Shown: positions 1-9,737 of the stretch, one piece after another
Position numbering within the stretch: the stretch's first letter is position 1
How the letters are laid out: each line of letters starts with the position of its first letter
From: an uncultured Candidatus Saccharibacteria bacterium
GTDB lineage: Bacteria > Patescibacteriota > Minisyncoccia > Phycocordibacterales > UBA3531
Assembly (NCBI GenBank): GCA_964361405.1
Contig: CAYIAA010000003.1
Coordinates: forward strand, 4,146 to 68,145
DNA: 64,000 nt
Direction: 5' to 3'
The notes under the pieces: generated by a model
What the model saw: the letters and a program-made list of their open reading frames with translations, nothing else
The model's database searches: none
What the model was told of the DNA's origin: nothing
Made by a program: the position numbers and the translations under genes

Positions 1-97
1 TCTTTCCTTCCATATTTCCTTCTCCTCTAGTACTGCGAGAGTTGTCAAACATACCTCCATACTACTAGAAGGAGACCCCCCACACCAAGGAAGTTAC

Positions 98-1555
98 TCA
101 CACCCCTTTTTTCCTCGCCCGAAAAAGAGAGAAGATAACGAGAAAGAGGCCAATATAAAGTGTACACACTACCCATCCGGGAACCCGCCCGAAAGAAAGT
201 GAAGCGAGTGGGAACGAGGAAAAAAATTGAGCTACGCCGAGTTCATATTCTAAGAGAAAATACGTTACCCATGAAAAAGGAGCGGCAACAAATCCACCAA
301 AGAATCCAGCGAGCCCAGTAATGAATCCAAAAAACATCGTAAGGGGAATAAGAGGGAGCACCAGGAGATTTGCTGGGAGAGAGACAAAAGAGATTTCACC
401 CGTAGTGTAGAGAAGGAGTGGGAGGACGAGGAGCTGTGTCCCAAGCGTAGCACTCGCAATGAAACGCAGTCCAAACGTCTCCGGCAGGAATCGAACTACC
501 CGTTCGAAAAATGGAGCGACATGGATCAAACCAATCGTTGCAAGTATTGAGAGCTCAAAAGATCTGTCGGAGAGAAGAAGGTATGGGTGAATGAATACCA
601 TTACAAAGGCAGTAAGGGCAAGTGAGGTGGTAACTTCGTATACGCGGCCGGTCGTGCGTGCAGTGATAACGAGCACTGCCATAATTGCCGCTCGTGTACC
701 GCTCGCTCCCGCGCCAGCCAAAAGAAGAAAAAAGGTTATGCCGAGAACGCCAACGCCACCACGAATGAGTGGCGGAAAAAATCCGAGCGACCGCATCATA
801 CTCTCCGCGACAATCGTGACGTTGTATCCCGACAAGACGACGATGTGGATCAACCCAGAATCTCTAAAATCGTCTTCAATTTTTTCCCCGAGGGACCCTT
901 TTGCCCCAAAGAGAAGTCCAGAAAGAAACGATGCATGCGGTTCGGTAAGATTCTCTTTTATGCGAGATGCAAAACGCTCTCGTAAATCTATGAGAAACCG
1001 TTTAACCGAATTCCCCCCAAATCCATCCTCCTTTTTTATCCGAGGAAATGAAAATTCATAATGTATTCCTCTCTGTCTTAGGTATTCTCTCCAGTCGAAT
1101 ACATTCTCTTCATACATTCCTTGAGGGATGCTCTCCAATATTCCATGAACGGATAGACGATCTCCATAGCGAAATTCCGGGAAGTGCGGAGCATAGATAA
1201 GTACGTCTCTACTCTGACGGCCTGAAATAGGCTCTCCTTCAATATGCTCGAGTCGTAGAGTCATCCGTTGGTGTGATTCGCCAATCTCTGGCGCTCCTGA
1301 AACAAAGCCTTCGGCTTCGATCGGAGCGTCAACATAGCGCTCGAGGGCTGGAATATTTTTCGCTTCCCAGAAATCAGTCCTCGCATACCCCGCTCCGAGA
1401 GCGCCGAGTAGGAGAGCAACCACGGTAAAGAGTTTTTTCCCGGCCACTCCGGGGGTATACACTCGAGAGACATATACCACCACCGCGAGAAGTACTAAAA
1501 ATGCTCCAACACTTCTCCCAAAGTCCAAAGTAAAGCGGAGCGCTACTCCACCCAT
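98..1555 (-). CDS. comEC: ComEC/Rec2 competence DNA-uptake channel (no C-terminal metallo-beta-lactamase domain)
   Basis: OB-like N-terminal region, 'GLIHIVVLSGYNV' (HxxxxSGxN) motif, 'SFELSILAT', many TM segments. The true start may be an in-frame ATT at 1600. Confidence 0.92.
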   Translation of the reverse strand: MGGVALRFTLDFGRSVGAFLVLLAVVVYVSRVYTPGVAGKKLFTVVALLLGALGAGYARTDFWEAKNIPALERYVDAPIEAEGFVSGAPEIGESHQRMTLRLEHIEGEPISGRQSRDVLIYAPHFPEFRYGDRLSVHGILESIPQGMYEENVFDWREYLRQRGIHYEFSFPRIKKEDGFGGNSVKRFLIDLRERFASRIKENLTEPHASFLSGLLFGAKGSLGEKIEDDFRDSGLIHIVVLSGYNVTIVAESMMRSLGFFPPLIRGGVGVLGITFFLLLAGAGASGTRAAIMAVLVITARTTGRVYEVTTSLALTAFVMVFIHPYLLLSDRSFELSILATIGLIHVAPFFERVVRFLPETFGLRFIASATLGTQLLVLPLLLYTTGEISFVSLPANLLVLPLIPLTMFFGFITGLAGFFGGFVAAPFSWVTYFLLEYELGVAQFFSSFPLASLSFGRVPGWVVCTLYIGLFLVIFSLFRARKKGV

Positions 1556-1611
1556 GAAACCTCCTACACAAACATAGAAAAATGTATGTCTTGGGCTAAT
1601 AGTTCCTCTGG

Positions 1612-2070
1612 CTACAAACTAGCCTGCCTACCGGACAGGTAGGCCTCGTCCATTCCGGAATTTGCTAGCCAATCGGCTCTCATATTCTTTTCACGTGGCA
1701 CGTGGGTAAAAATGATTTTCGGATAATCCTTCACCTGCATATTCCAAATTTTAATAAAATACGGGTAGAGACGCGTTTCTTTAATCTGGTATATCCCCGA
1801 GAGTTGTCTCGCGGCGAGCTCGCTGTCGAGCCGAACCTCAATAGAATAGTCCTTGAGTTTTGCTTTTCCACCAAGAAGGCGCGGGAGAGCCGTAAGCCCT
1901 AAGAGAATCGCCTCGTACTCGGCCTCGTTATTCGTCATAGTGCCGAGAGATTTTTTAAGTTCTTTGAGTATCACCCCGCGCTCGTCCATTATCACCGCCC
2001 CCGCCCCCGCAGGTCCTGGGTTCCCGCGAGAGCCGCCATCGGTTGAAACAATGAGATGTTTCGCTTTCAT
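1612..2070 (-). CDS. rnhA: Ribonuclease HI family protein
   Basis: 'TDGGSRGNPGPAGAG', 'TNNEAEYEA', 'DSEL', 'HVPREKNMRADWLAN'. The ATG at 2070 overlaps the recJ stop (ATGA). Confidence 0.9.
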   Translation of the reverse strand: MKAKHLIVSTDGGSRGNPGPAGAGAVIMDERGVILKELKKSLGTMTNNEAEYEAILLGLTALPRLLGGKAKLKDYSIEVRLDSELAARQLSGIYQIKETRLYPYFIKIWNMQVKDYPKIIFTHVPREKNMRADWLANSGMDEAYLSGRQASL

Positions 2071-3782
2071 AGCGGTCGAGCATTTATACCTACGAGACGA
2101 AGACGAAGCTCTCGAGCGCCACACCAAGTGTTTCGTTCGACAGTAGCCAAAACATCGACGCGCTGATCTTCACCAACCAGATTGGCACTAAACTCTTTTG
2201 GGTGGTTAAATCCGATAGCGCTCGCTCGAGTCCCCTTTTCACTCTCCAGATCAAGACGGAGATGTATGCCGTTCGCACCGAACCGATTCACGCGAATCAC
2301 GCAAAGTTTCTCAAAAAGAAATATCGGTTTCGGGTTTCCTACTCCAAAAGGGGCGAGTGAAGAAATAGAGTTGTAGAGTTCCCATGTCACGTCTTCAAGC
2401 GCCAAACTTGATTCAACGGTAACCGCGTCGTCCTCGGCGACTCCTCGAGGTGTCGAGAGGAGTGCGTGGTAGAGCGCTTCGCCGAGACGGCTAGTTCCTC
2501 CGGGCTCTACCGAGAAACCGCCAGAGCGAGAGTGCCCGCCGTAATCAAGAAAGAATCCCTCGGGGACCTGCTCCATAAGCCGAACCACGTTAATACTCCC
2601 ATCACTTCTCGCCGAGCCGCGCACAACTGTACTCCCCTCCTGTCCCCACACAAATGCCGGAGTATGGTAAAGCTCAACAATACGCATCGCCGCGAGTCCA
2701 AGCACGCCCGGCTTCCAACTCGTATCTCCGATATAGATAAGACCGCCGCCGCGCCAGTCTTTGAGACGATCGGTAATATCCTCCATCATCTCGAGAACCA
2801 CTTGCTTACGCTCTGTGTTCTTCTCTTCAAGATGCGCGAGGAGGTGAGACGCCTGGGCCCCGTCGCGTGTCGCAAGAAGATGGAACGCATTCATCGGAAC
2901 GTCAAGCCTACTTGCCACATTAATCCGCGGGGTAATTACAAATCCAACGTCATCTTCCGTAATATCCTCGTGGCGTATACGACGAGACCTGAAAAGACCT
3001 ACGAGACCAGGTCTTGTTGTTTTTTTAAGTACTGAGAGACCGAAGTAGGCGAGCGCTCGATTCTCATCTTTGAGGGGTACCATGTCAGCTATCGTCGAAA
3101 TACTCGTAACATCAAGAAGCCATTTTTCCCAGCCGGGGGTGAGATCAAAATTTCCTCTTTTCAAAAGTCCTTGCACCAGTTTAAACACAAGCCCGCCTGC
3201 GGAGAGAAACCTGCAGGGATAGGCATCACCCTCCTGATTCGGGTTCACAATTGCATAGGCTTCCGGCAGGGCATTTCCGGGGAGGTGGTGATCAATTACA
3301 ATCACGTCAATACCGAGTTCACCCGCGCAGGCAATCTCGGCGACGTTAGAAATACCGGTATCAATCGTAATAATTAGATTCGCGCCTTCTCGGCCGAAGG
3401 ACTCGACGGCGGCACGGTGTAACCCATACCCTTCGGTGTACCGATGTGGAATGTAAACGCTAAAATTAGTGAAACCAATTTTTACAAAAAAATCATTCAA
3501 GATAACGCTTCCAGGGATACCGTCCGCGTCATAGTCGGCGTAAATTACTATGCGTTCACCGAGCTTAATCGCTTCAATGATACGGCCGACCGCACGGTCC
3601 ATACCGATGAGGCCGAAGGGGTCGTTTAAATCGCGCTCGTAGTCGGGGTGCAGAAACCGCTCCGCCCTGTCACGGGTTTCAATCCCTCGGCGGTAGAGCA
3701 TCTGTCGCACAAGCTTTGGGTAGTGGTGGAGTTCTCCGTCAATCTCTTTGGGGATACTCGGGGCGGGATTCCACCTTGGCAT
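2067..3782 (-). CDS. recJ: ssDNA-specific exonuclease RecJ
   Basis: DYDADG, DHH, 'GSARS', 'YGGH', 'PFGVGNPKP' motifs. Start set at ATG 3782, 7 nt after a TGnTATAAT element. Confidence 0.95.
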   Translation of the reverse strand: MPRWNPAPSIPKEIDGELHHYPKLVRQMLYRRGIETRDRAERFLHPDYERDLNDPFGLIGMDRAVGRIIEAIKLGERIVIYADYDADGIPGSVILNDFFVKIGFTNFSVYIPHRYTEGYGLHRAAVESFGREGANLIITIDTGISNVAEIACAGELGIDVIVIDHHLPGNALPEAYAIVNPNQEGDAYPCRFLSAGGLVFKLVQGLLKRGNFDLTPGWEKWLLDVTSISTIADMVPLKDENRALAYFGLSVLKKTTRPGLVGLFRSRRIRHEDITEDDVGFVITPRINVASRLDVPMNAFHLLATRDGAQASHLLAHLEEKNTERKQVVLEMMEDITDRLKDWRGGGLIYIGDTSWKPGVLGLAAMRIVELYHTPAFVWGQEGSTVVRGSARSDGSINVVRLMEQVPEGFFLDYGGHSRSGGFSVEPGGTSRLGEALYHALLSTPRGVAEDDAVTVESSLALEDVTWELYNSISSLAPFGVGNPKPIFLFEKLCVIRVNRFGANGIHLRLDLESEKGTRASAIGFNHPKEFSANLVGEDQRVDVLATVERNTWCGARELRLRLVGINARPL

Positions 3783-3810
3783 GCGCCGGATTATACCATA
3801 CACTGATTGC

Positions 3811-4221
3811 ATGCTTCAGTTTTGCACGTTTTGTAAAATCGTCAGCGGCGAACTCTCTTCAAACACCGTCTACCAAGACGAAAAAGCCTTCGCCTTTATC
3901 GATATCCGTCCAGTCAATTTGGGTCACACGTTATTGGTCTCAAAAGATCATTACGAAAATATCTTCGATGTTCCCGATGCCATCCTCGCCCATCTCGGTA
4001 AAACACTGAAAACGATAAGCACGGCGATTAAGGCCGCAACCGGAGCCGAGGGCATAAACATTGAGATGAATAACGAACGCGCCGCAGGACAAATCATCAA
4101 TCACATACACTTCCATATCGTTCCGCGTTTTTCCGGTGATGGCCTTCAACATTGGCCTGGAAAACTCTACAGTGAGGGTGAGCTGAAAGAGATCGCTGAA
4201 AAGATACGGAAGAGTCTCTGA
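3811..4221 (+). CDS. HIT family nucleotide hydrolase
   Basis: 'CTFCKI' N-terminus and histidine triad 'HIHFHIVPR'. Confidence 0.93.
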   Translation: MLQFCTFCKIVSGELSSNTVYQDEKAFAFIDIRPVNLGHTLLVSKDHYENIFDVPDAILAHLGKTLKTISTAIKAATGAEGINIEMNNERAAGQIINHIHFHIVPRFSGDGLQHWPGKLYSEGELKEIAEKIRKSL

Positions 4222-4247
4222 GCGCTACTTTCTTCTTCCAAAGTAAA

Positions 4248-4282
4248 ACAGAGTCCGTCAGCAACATGCTGACGGACTCTGT
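4248..4282. terminator. Perfect 16-bp hairpin between convergent genes, probable terminator
   Basis: ACAGAGTCCGTCAGCA-aca-TGCTGACGGACTCTGT, followed by TTTT on the minus strand. Confidence 0.7.
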
Positions 4283-4302
4283 CGAGACAGGCGAATGCTA
4301 GT

Positions 4303-4656
4303 CTATTCTATGCGCTCAAGCCAGTGCTCCGTGCACCAGAGCCCACCGAGGCTCGGCTCAATACTCCGATCCGCAAGATAGAGTTGCCACTCCCTGACGT
4401 ATCCACCGTGATGGGAAACTTTAATGGAGAATCTACCTTTTTCATCGAGGACAGGTTCCTCAAGAACAGTAATTCTCTCTTTAGAGCATGAGGGTTCACA
4501 CCCCTCAATACCCAAACTTCCTAATGCGCTACAGTCTAAGTGCTCAATGAATGAAACACCGACAACAAATTCTCTCTTTTCTCGAACTTGCTTCCTGCTG
4601 AAAAACGGTCTCTCTTCCGAATGACTCGTGGAAACGGTGGGAGCAAACCCCCTCAT
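4303..4656 (-). CDS. Hypothetical protein (117 aa)
   Basis: ORF with AGGAG SD upstream, downstream of pgk and ending before a hairpin. No recognisable motif. Confidence 0.45.
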   Translation of the reverse strand: MRGFAPTVSTSHSEERPFFSRKQVREKREFVVGVSFIEHLDCSALGSLGIEGCEPSCSKERITVLEEPVLDEKGRFSIKVSHHGGYVREWQLYLADRSIEPSLGGLWCTEHWLERIE

Positions 4657-4697
4657 ATATTCTCCTGTGCCGATATACGGCAGAATCTACTGAAATC

Positions 4698-5837
4698 CTA
4701 GCATGAAATAGAGGAAAGCGCTTTTATTCCTGGGAGTGTTCCTTCTGCGAGAAAGTCGAGCATTGCCCCTCCACCCGTAGAGATAAAATCGAAGTTGGAT
4801 AGGAGGTTCCGATCCAACGTCGCCACGGTATCTCCTCCGCCGACAACTGAATAACCATCAGAGTCTGCGATTGCGCGGGCGAGACGAGACGTTCCATCAC
4901 GAAACCCCAGTTCAATGTTCCCGAGCGGTCCATTCCAAAGAATAAGCCGCGCCTTTCGAAGCTCTGTCTCAATAAGAGCGAGTGTCTTGGGACCAGCGTC
5001 TACAATAGAGTCGTCCACTAAAACCTCACTCGGCAATTTTACGGAAACCCCTCTCTTACTCTTCACGGTAACATCAAGTGGAAGCTTGATTCGGTTGCGA
5101 TTTGGAATATTCTCCACATCAACACTCGAATCAGAAAGCGATATCCCAATCTCGCATCCTGAATACTTTAAGAAATCATTTGCGACAGCGCCTAATGCGA
5201 ACACACTGTCGGAAAGTGTAAGAAATTTCCGAAGGAGTGGCACCTTGGTACTTGTCTTTGCGCCACCGATAATACATACAAAAGGATGTTCGGGTGTGAG
5301 GACGCGGGAGAGATTTTTAATCTCACTCTCAAAAAGAAACCCGGCGTATGATGGAAGAAACTCCGGCACACCGACAACGGAGGCGTGAGTCCGATGGGAA
5401 ACCGAGAACGCTTCGTTCACAAAAAGATCACCGAGGGATGAAAGTGCACGAGCATACTCCCTGTCGTTCCCGACTTCTCCAGGATCCCGCCTGAGATTCT
5501 CAAGCATGAGCATCTCACCACGACGCAAAGACCCTACTTTCTCATGAATTCCTGGGTGAGATACTGTGTCGGAAGAAAATTGAATGGCAAAGTGTTTCTC
5601 TAAGTACGCCGCAACCGGACTCAAGCTCTGGGATCCGTCAGGGCCGAGGTGACTTACGATAACCATACGGGCACCACGCTCTTTGAGGTATGTAAGTGTC
5701 GGAAGACTTTTAATAATCCGGAAATCGTCAAGAATAGTGGTCCCCTCGAGAGGCACGTTAAGATCAAGGCGGACAAGCACTCGCGTATCGCGGAGTTGGT
5801 TCTCACTGAGGGTGTGAAGTGTCGGAATCTCCATCAC
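4698..5837 (-). CDS. pgk: Phosphoglycerate kinase
   Basis: 'RLDLNVP', 'SHLG', 'LENLR', 'WNGPLG', 'GGGDT', 'STGGGAML'. Confidence 0.97.
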   Translation of the reverse strand: MMEIPTLHTLSENQLRDTRVLVRLDLNVPLEGTTILDDFRIIKSLPTLTYLKERGARMVIVSHLGPDGSQSLSPVAAYLEKHFAIQFSSDTVSHPGIHEKVGSLRRGEMLMLENLRRDPGEVGNDREYARALSSLGDLFVNEAFSVSHRTHASVVGVPEFLPSYAGFLFESEIKNLSRVLTPEHPFVCIIGGAKTSTKVPLLRKFLTLSDSVFALGAVANDFLKYSGCEIGISLSDSSVDVENIPNRNRIKLPLDVTVKSKRGVSVKLPSEVLVDDSIVDAGPKTLALIETELRKARLILWNGPLGNIELGFRDGTSRLARAIADSDGYSVVGGGDTVATLDRNLLSNFDFISTGGGAMLDFLAEGTLPGIKALSSISC

Positions 5838-6592
5838 AGCACCTCGGCACTCCGGAGTATTTTTCCAAACTCCTCTATGTCAAGTGATTCCCGCCCGACG
5901 AGAAGCCCATGCGCTTTGCCTTTATCAAGAAATGGGGCTGCATTCTCCGCATCAACGGACCCGCCGTAGAGAACAGGCACTCGAAGTGCGGTCGCAGTAT
6001 CCGTGAAAGTGCTCAAGATTTTTCTGATATAAATTGACTGCTCGAGGAAATCTTCTGGCGTGCTTGCACCACGCGCGCGTACTCCGATTGCCCAGACTGG
6101 TTCATATGCAATGACGAGAAGTTTGAGTTCTGATTTTGGAATTTTTTGAAGTGCCGATTCAATCTGAGCGCGAATCACTTTGAGATATACTCCAGATTGG
6201 TCACGTTCGCGTTCACCCACACAAAGAATCGGCCTCAAGCGATATTCGAGAGCGGCGGCCAGCTTTTGAGCGACTATCTCGTCGGTATCCCCGCTCTCGC
6301 GCCTCTCGGAGTGGCCAATGATTGAATACTCGACGCCGAGTGAACGAAACATGGCAGGCGAAATTTCTCCGGTATGGGCACCATCATGGTGAAACGATAC
6401 ATCTTGGGCACCGAGAGTAATAGAATTACTCCTCCCGAAGAGCGGGAGAAAAAGAGCGGGTGGGCAAATGATGAGCTCGGTGCGGCGCAATTTCTCCGCG
6501 CGGCGCCTGATTCGCCCCAAAAGGCGTTTAGCTAAAGTGAGAGAACCTGGATTCATCTTCCAATTCCCCACGATGAGTCTTCTCGGAACCAT
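5834..6592 (-). CDS. tpiA: Triosephosphate isomerase
   Basis: 'GNWKMN', 'GHSERR', 'AYEPVWAIG', 'LYGGSV'. Confidence 0.97.
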   Translation of the reverse strand: MVPRRLIVGNWKMNPGSLTLAKRLLGRIRRRAEKLRRTELIICPPALFLPLFGRSNSITLGAQDVSFHHDGAHTGEISPAMFRSLGVEYSIIGHSERRESGDTDEIVAQKLAAALEYRLRPILCVGERERDQSGVYLKVIRAQIESALQKIPKSELKLLVIAYEPVWAIGVRARGASTPEDFLEQSIYIRKILSTFTDTATALRVPVLYGGSVDAENAAPFLDKGKAHGLLVGRESLDIEEFGKILRSAEVL

Positions 6593-6593
6593 A

Positions 6594-7814
6594 CTACTGG
6601 ATGTAATCCCCGATCGAATAAATCGGCTGAATCATTGATACCGCAAAAAATCCGACGGCGACACCGATAAAGACCATGAGCACGGGTTCAATCACGGTTG
6701 AAAGATTCTTCGTCATAGATTCAACTTCTCCTTCATAGAAGGTTGCTCCACGCAAAAGCATTTCGGAGAGCTTCCCTGTTTCTTCGCCAACCTCAATAAG
6801 CTCGGTGACTAAAATAGGATAGAGATTTCCTCGCCGCTCAAACACTTCGGAAAGCGCTTTTCCTTTTTCAATCTGAACACCTGCTTCCTTGAGGACCGCT
6901 CGATAATAAGGATTTTGGAGCACGTCTTGAGTAATCGCGAGTGCCTTCAGCATATCAACACCCGATGAAACCATGGAAGAGAGGGTTCGCATGGTGAGTG
7001 CTGCATTCGCGTTCTGTGTAATTGTCCGCGTCAAAGGCAAGTGAAGTAAGGTGAAAGAAAGTGCACGTTTACCAAGGGGCATTCTTAAAAACTTAATGAA
7101 AACTCCAAGAGAAACAAGTAAAAGAAGTATGAAGGGAAGTATATAGGCACTTAAAAATCCCGAAACTCCGATGACCATTCGTGTGGTAAACGGTAATTCA
7201 GCCCCGAGACTTTCAAACGTTTCAGCGAGCGTCGGGATGAGAAGTATAAGCATCAAATATCCCACAATCATCACGACGGTAATAACGATAGCAGGATAGA
7301 TAAGCGCACCGCGGATTTTTCTCCTAAGTTCATAGCGTTTGGTGAGCTGCTCGACGAGGAAGGTGAGTGATTCGGGAAGACGCCCCGTTTCTTCTCCTGC
7401 GTGCGTCATGGCAACAAACTCCGGTGGGAAAACGTCGGGAAATCGCTCAAATGCGGCAGTTAAACTCAGTCCGCGGTTCGTGTCGTCAATCAAAGATCCG
7501 AGAACTTTGGTAAACTTCCCTTTCTTTGTCTGCCTCTCAAGAACGTGGAGCGCGCGGGCGAGAGAAAGCCCTGCTCCAATCATGGCGCTTAAATTACTCG
7601 CAAAGATAATTTTCTGCTTTGTACTCACCGTTCCCATTACGGAGACGCGTTCACGAAGCGATGTCTTGCCGCGTCGCACCGCCTCGTCCGCGCTGATTAA
7701 AGTCACCCCTTCTTGCCGCATTGAACGAGCAAGGTCAAAGCGATTGGCTGCCTCGCGCTCCCCTTTCACTTCCTCGCCGTCTGATTTCCTTCCCCGATAA
7801 CTAAAAACTGGCAT
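6594..7814 (-). CDS. pilC: Type IV pilus/T2SS inner membrane platform protein (PilC/GspF)
   Basis: Two T2SSF repeats ('GEETGRL', 'GEETGKL'), 'IEPVLMV', TM helices; follows pilB. Confidence 0.93.
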   Translation of the reverse strand: MPVFSYRGRKSDGEEVKGEREAANRFDLARSMRQEGVTLISADEAVRRGKTSLRERVSVMGTVSTKQKIIFASNLSAMIGAGLSLARALHVLERQTKKGKFTKVLGSLIDDTNRGLSLTAAFERFPDVFPPEFVAMTHAGEETGRLPESLTFLVEQLTKRYELRRKIRGALIYPAIVITVVMIVGYLMLILLIPTLAETFESLGAELPFTTRMVIGVSGFLSAYILPFILLLLVSLGVFIKFLRMPLGKRALSFTLLHLPLTRTITQNANAALTMRTLSSMVSSGVDMLKALAITQDVLQNPYYRAVLKEAGVQIEKGKALSEVFERRGNLYPILVTELIEVGEETGKLSEMLLRGATFYEGEVESMTKNLSTVIEPVLMVFIGVAVGFFAVSMIQPIYSIGDYIQ

Positions 7815-7819
7815 ATCCG

Positions 7820-9571
7820 CTACTCGCTCACAACACGCAGAACTTCTTCAAGTGAAGTCAGCCCTTGTGCAGCTTTAAAAACACCATCTTCAATCATCGT
7901 GAGCATTCCTTCTTTTCTCGCAACTACAGTAATTTCGTCCGATGTCGATGACCTCATAATGAGTTCCTTAATGGAGGCCGTAACCGGAAGCACTTCATAG
8001 ATTCCAACACGCCCATGATATCCATCTTCGCAGGCTTGAGAAGCTTGTGGTCGATAGAAAGATATTCCACTCCAGTCGGCTCCGGACGGGACAATCTTCT
8101 CCGCCTTGAGCGCTTCGAGAACGTGGTCGAGATTAGCATAAGTCGCGAGGTTTTTGAGTTCCGCATTTGAGAGGGTGTATTTTTCTTTCACCGTGCAGAG
8201 AAGTCGCACCAAGCGCTGGGCAATGATGACGCGGGCAGTTGAGACCACAAGAAATGGCTCTGCTCCCATTTCAATGAGGCGCGGCACTGCGCCGGCGGCA
8301 GAATTCGTGTGAAGGGTCGAGAGTACGAGGTGTCCGGTGAGCGAAGCATTAATGGCTAAACTTACGGTTTCCTCGTCGCGGATCTCACCCACCATGATGA
8401 TATCTGGGTCCTGCCTAACGAGCGTCCGGATGCCGGAAGAAAAAGTAAGTCCAATATCGGGTTTTATCTGCGTTTGGTTCACACGCTGCATTTGGTACTC
8501 AACGGGGTCTTCAATCGTTGAAATATTAACGTCCGGCGTATTCAAAATATCGATCATTGTGTACAGCGTTGTTGTTTTCCCCGACCCTGTAGGGCCAGTC
8601 GTCAAAATCATTCCTTCAGTTTTTTTAAGCGCCGTATGAATGCGTTCAAGCTGGTCTCCGTGGAATCCGAGAGACTCGAGCGTAAATCCCTTCACGGCTT
8701 CCGGAAGAAGCCGCATGACTACCTTCTCCCCGAACTGTGTGGGGAGCGTTGAAACCCGAAAAGAAACTTTCTGATCTGGTGTTTCAATTTTAAATCGTCC
8801 ATCTTGAGGAAGCCGTTTCTCGTCGAGGCGCAAGCTTGAAAGAACTTTGATGCGCGCCACAATACCTGGACCAACTTGCTTCCCCAAGGTCATGGCATCG
8901 CGGAGAATTCCATCGATGCGATAGCGGATTACCACTTGATTTTCATATGGTTCAATGTGAATATCCGATGCTTTCTGAAGAATTGCGTGAGAAAGAAGAC
9001 TTTCGACGATACGCACAATCGGAATATCCTCGGCCATCTTCTTGAGATCGCTTTCATCGAGAGATTGGGCATCGGATTCTGAAATCTGGGCAATTGAGAG
9101 TGATTCTTTCTCGATTAAATTGCCGAATTCTGCGGAGAGACTCTGTTGGTACTGCGAAAGAGCATGCTTCACCGACTGACTGTCCGTGAGTCGCGGAAGG
9201 ATTTTAAGCCCGACACTTTTTTTGATGAAATCAATCGACTCGAGATCCTGTGGGTCGAGCATGGCGACCTCAAGATTGGTGCCGGTCTTTTTATAGGCGA
9301 CGATATTATGCGTTCGAGCCAAGGGCTCGGGAATAATGGAGAGTATTGCAAAGTCAATCTTATCGTTTTTTAAGTCGACATACGGTACCCCCAAGAGATT
9401 CGATTCAATCCTTCGAAGATCTTCCTCGGATATCTTTCCGCTGGAGACAAGAGCATCCGCCATCGGCACGCTTTTTTTCTCCGCAGAGGACTCTGCTTCT
9501 GTGACATCCTTCCTCGACACCAAACCGGAGTCGATAAGAAAATCCTTTAACTTTTCTGGGGAGAGTTGCAT
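7820..9571 (-). CDS. pilB: Type IV pilus assembly ATPase (PilB/GspE family)
   Basis: 'ASDIHIEP', 'PQDGR', Walker A 'GPTGSGKTTT', 'RQDPDIIMVGEIRD', 'STLHTN'. Confidence 0.95.
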   Translation of the reverse strand: MQLSPEKLKDFLIDSGLVSRKDVTEAESSAEKKSVPMADALVSSGKISEEDLRRIESNLLGVPYVDLKNDKIDFAILSIIPEPLARTHNIVAYKKTGTNLEVAMLDPQDLESIDFIKKSVGLKILPRLTDSQSVKHALSQYQQSLSAEFGNLIEKESLSIAQISESDAQSLDESDLKKMAEDIPIVRIVESLLSHAILQKASDIHIEPYENQVVIRYRIDGILRDAMTLGKQVGPGIVARIKVLSSLRLDEKRLPQDGRFKIETPDQKVSFRVSTLPTQFGEKVVMRLLPEAVKGFTLESLGFHGDQLERIHTALKKTEGMILTTGPTGSGKTTTLYTMIDILNTPDVNISTIEDPVEYQMQRVNQTQIKPDIGLTFSSGIRTLVRQDPDIIMVGEIRDEETVSLAINASLTGHLVLSTLHTNSAAGAVPRLIEMGAEPFLVVSTARVIIAQRLVRLLCTVKEKYTLSNAELKNLATYANLDHVLEALKAEKIVPSGADWSGISFYRPQASQACEDGYHGRVGIYEVLPVTASIKELIMRSSTSDEITVVARKEGMLTMIEDGVFKAAQGLTSLEEVLRVVSE

Positions 9572-9649
9572 ACCATATTAGTATAACAGAGCCTTTTATC
9601 TCTACCCGCGCCCGGGGCGTTGATAAAAGAGAGTCATCACTCTCAAACA

Positions 9650-9716
9650 TTGACGGCGCACACTCTATCGGATTATACTCAAAGTGAGTCCGTTCTTTCG
9701 AGGCGGGCTTTTTGTT
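9650..9716 (+). promoter_or_regulatory. nusA promoter and leader terminator/attenuator
   Basis: TTGACG (9650-55), 18 nt, TATACT (9674-79), then a G-U-rich hairpin GAGTCCGT/GCGGGCTT with a T-run before the nusA ATG. Confidence 0.55.
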
Positions 9717-9737
9717 AAAAACTTGTTCGTATAACGT

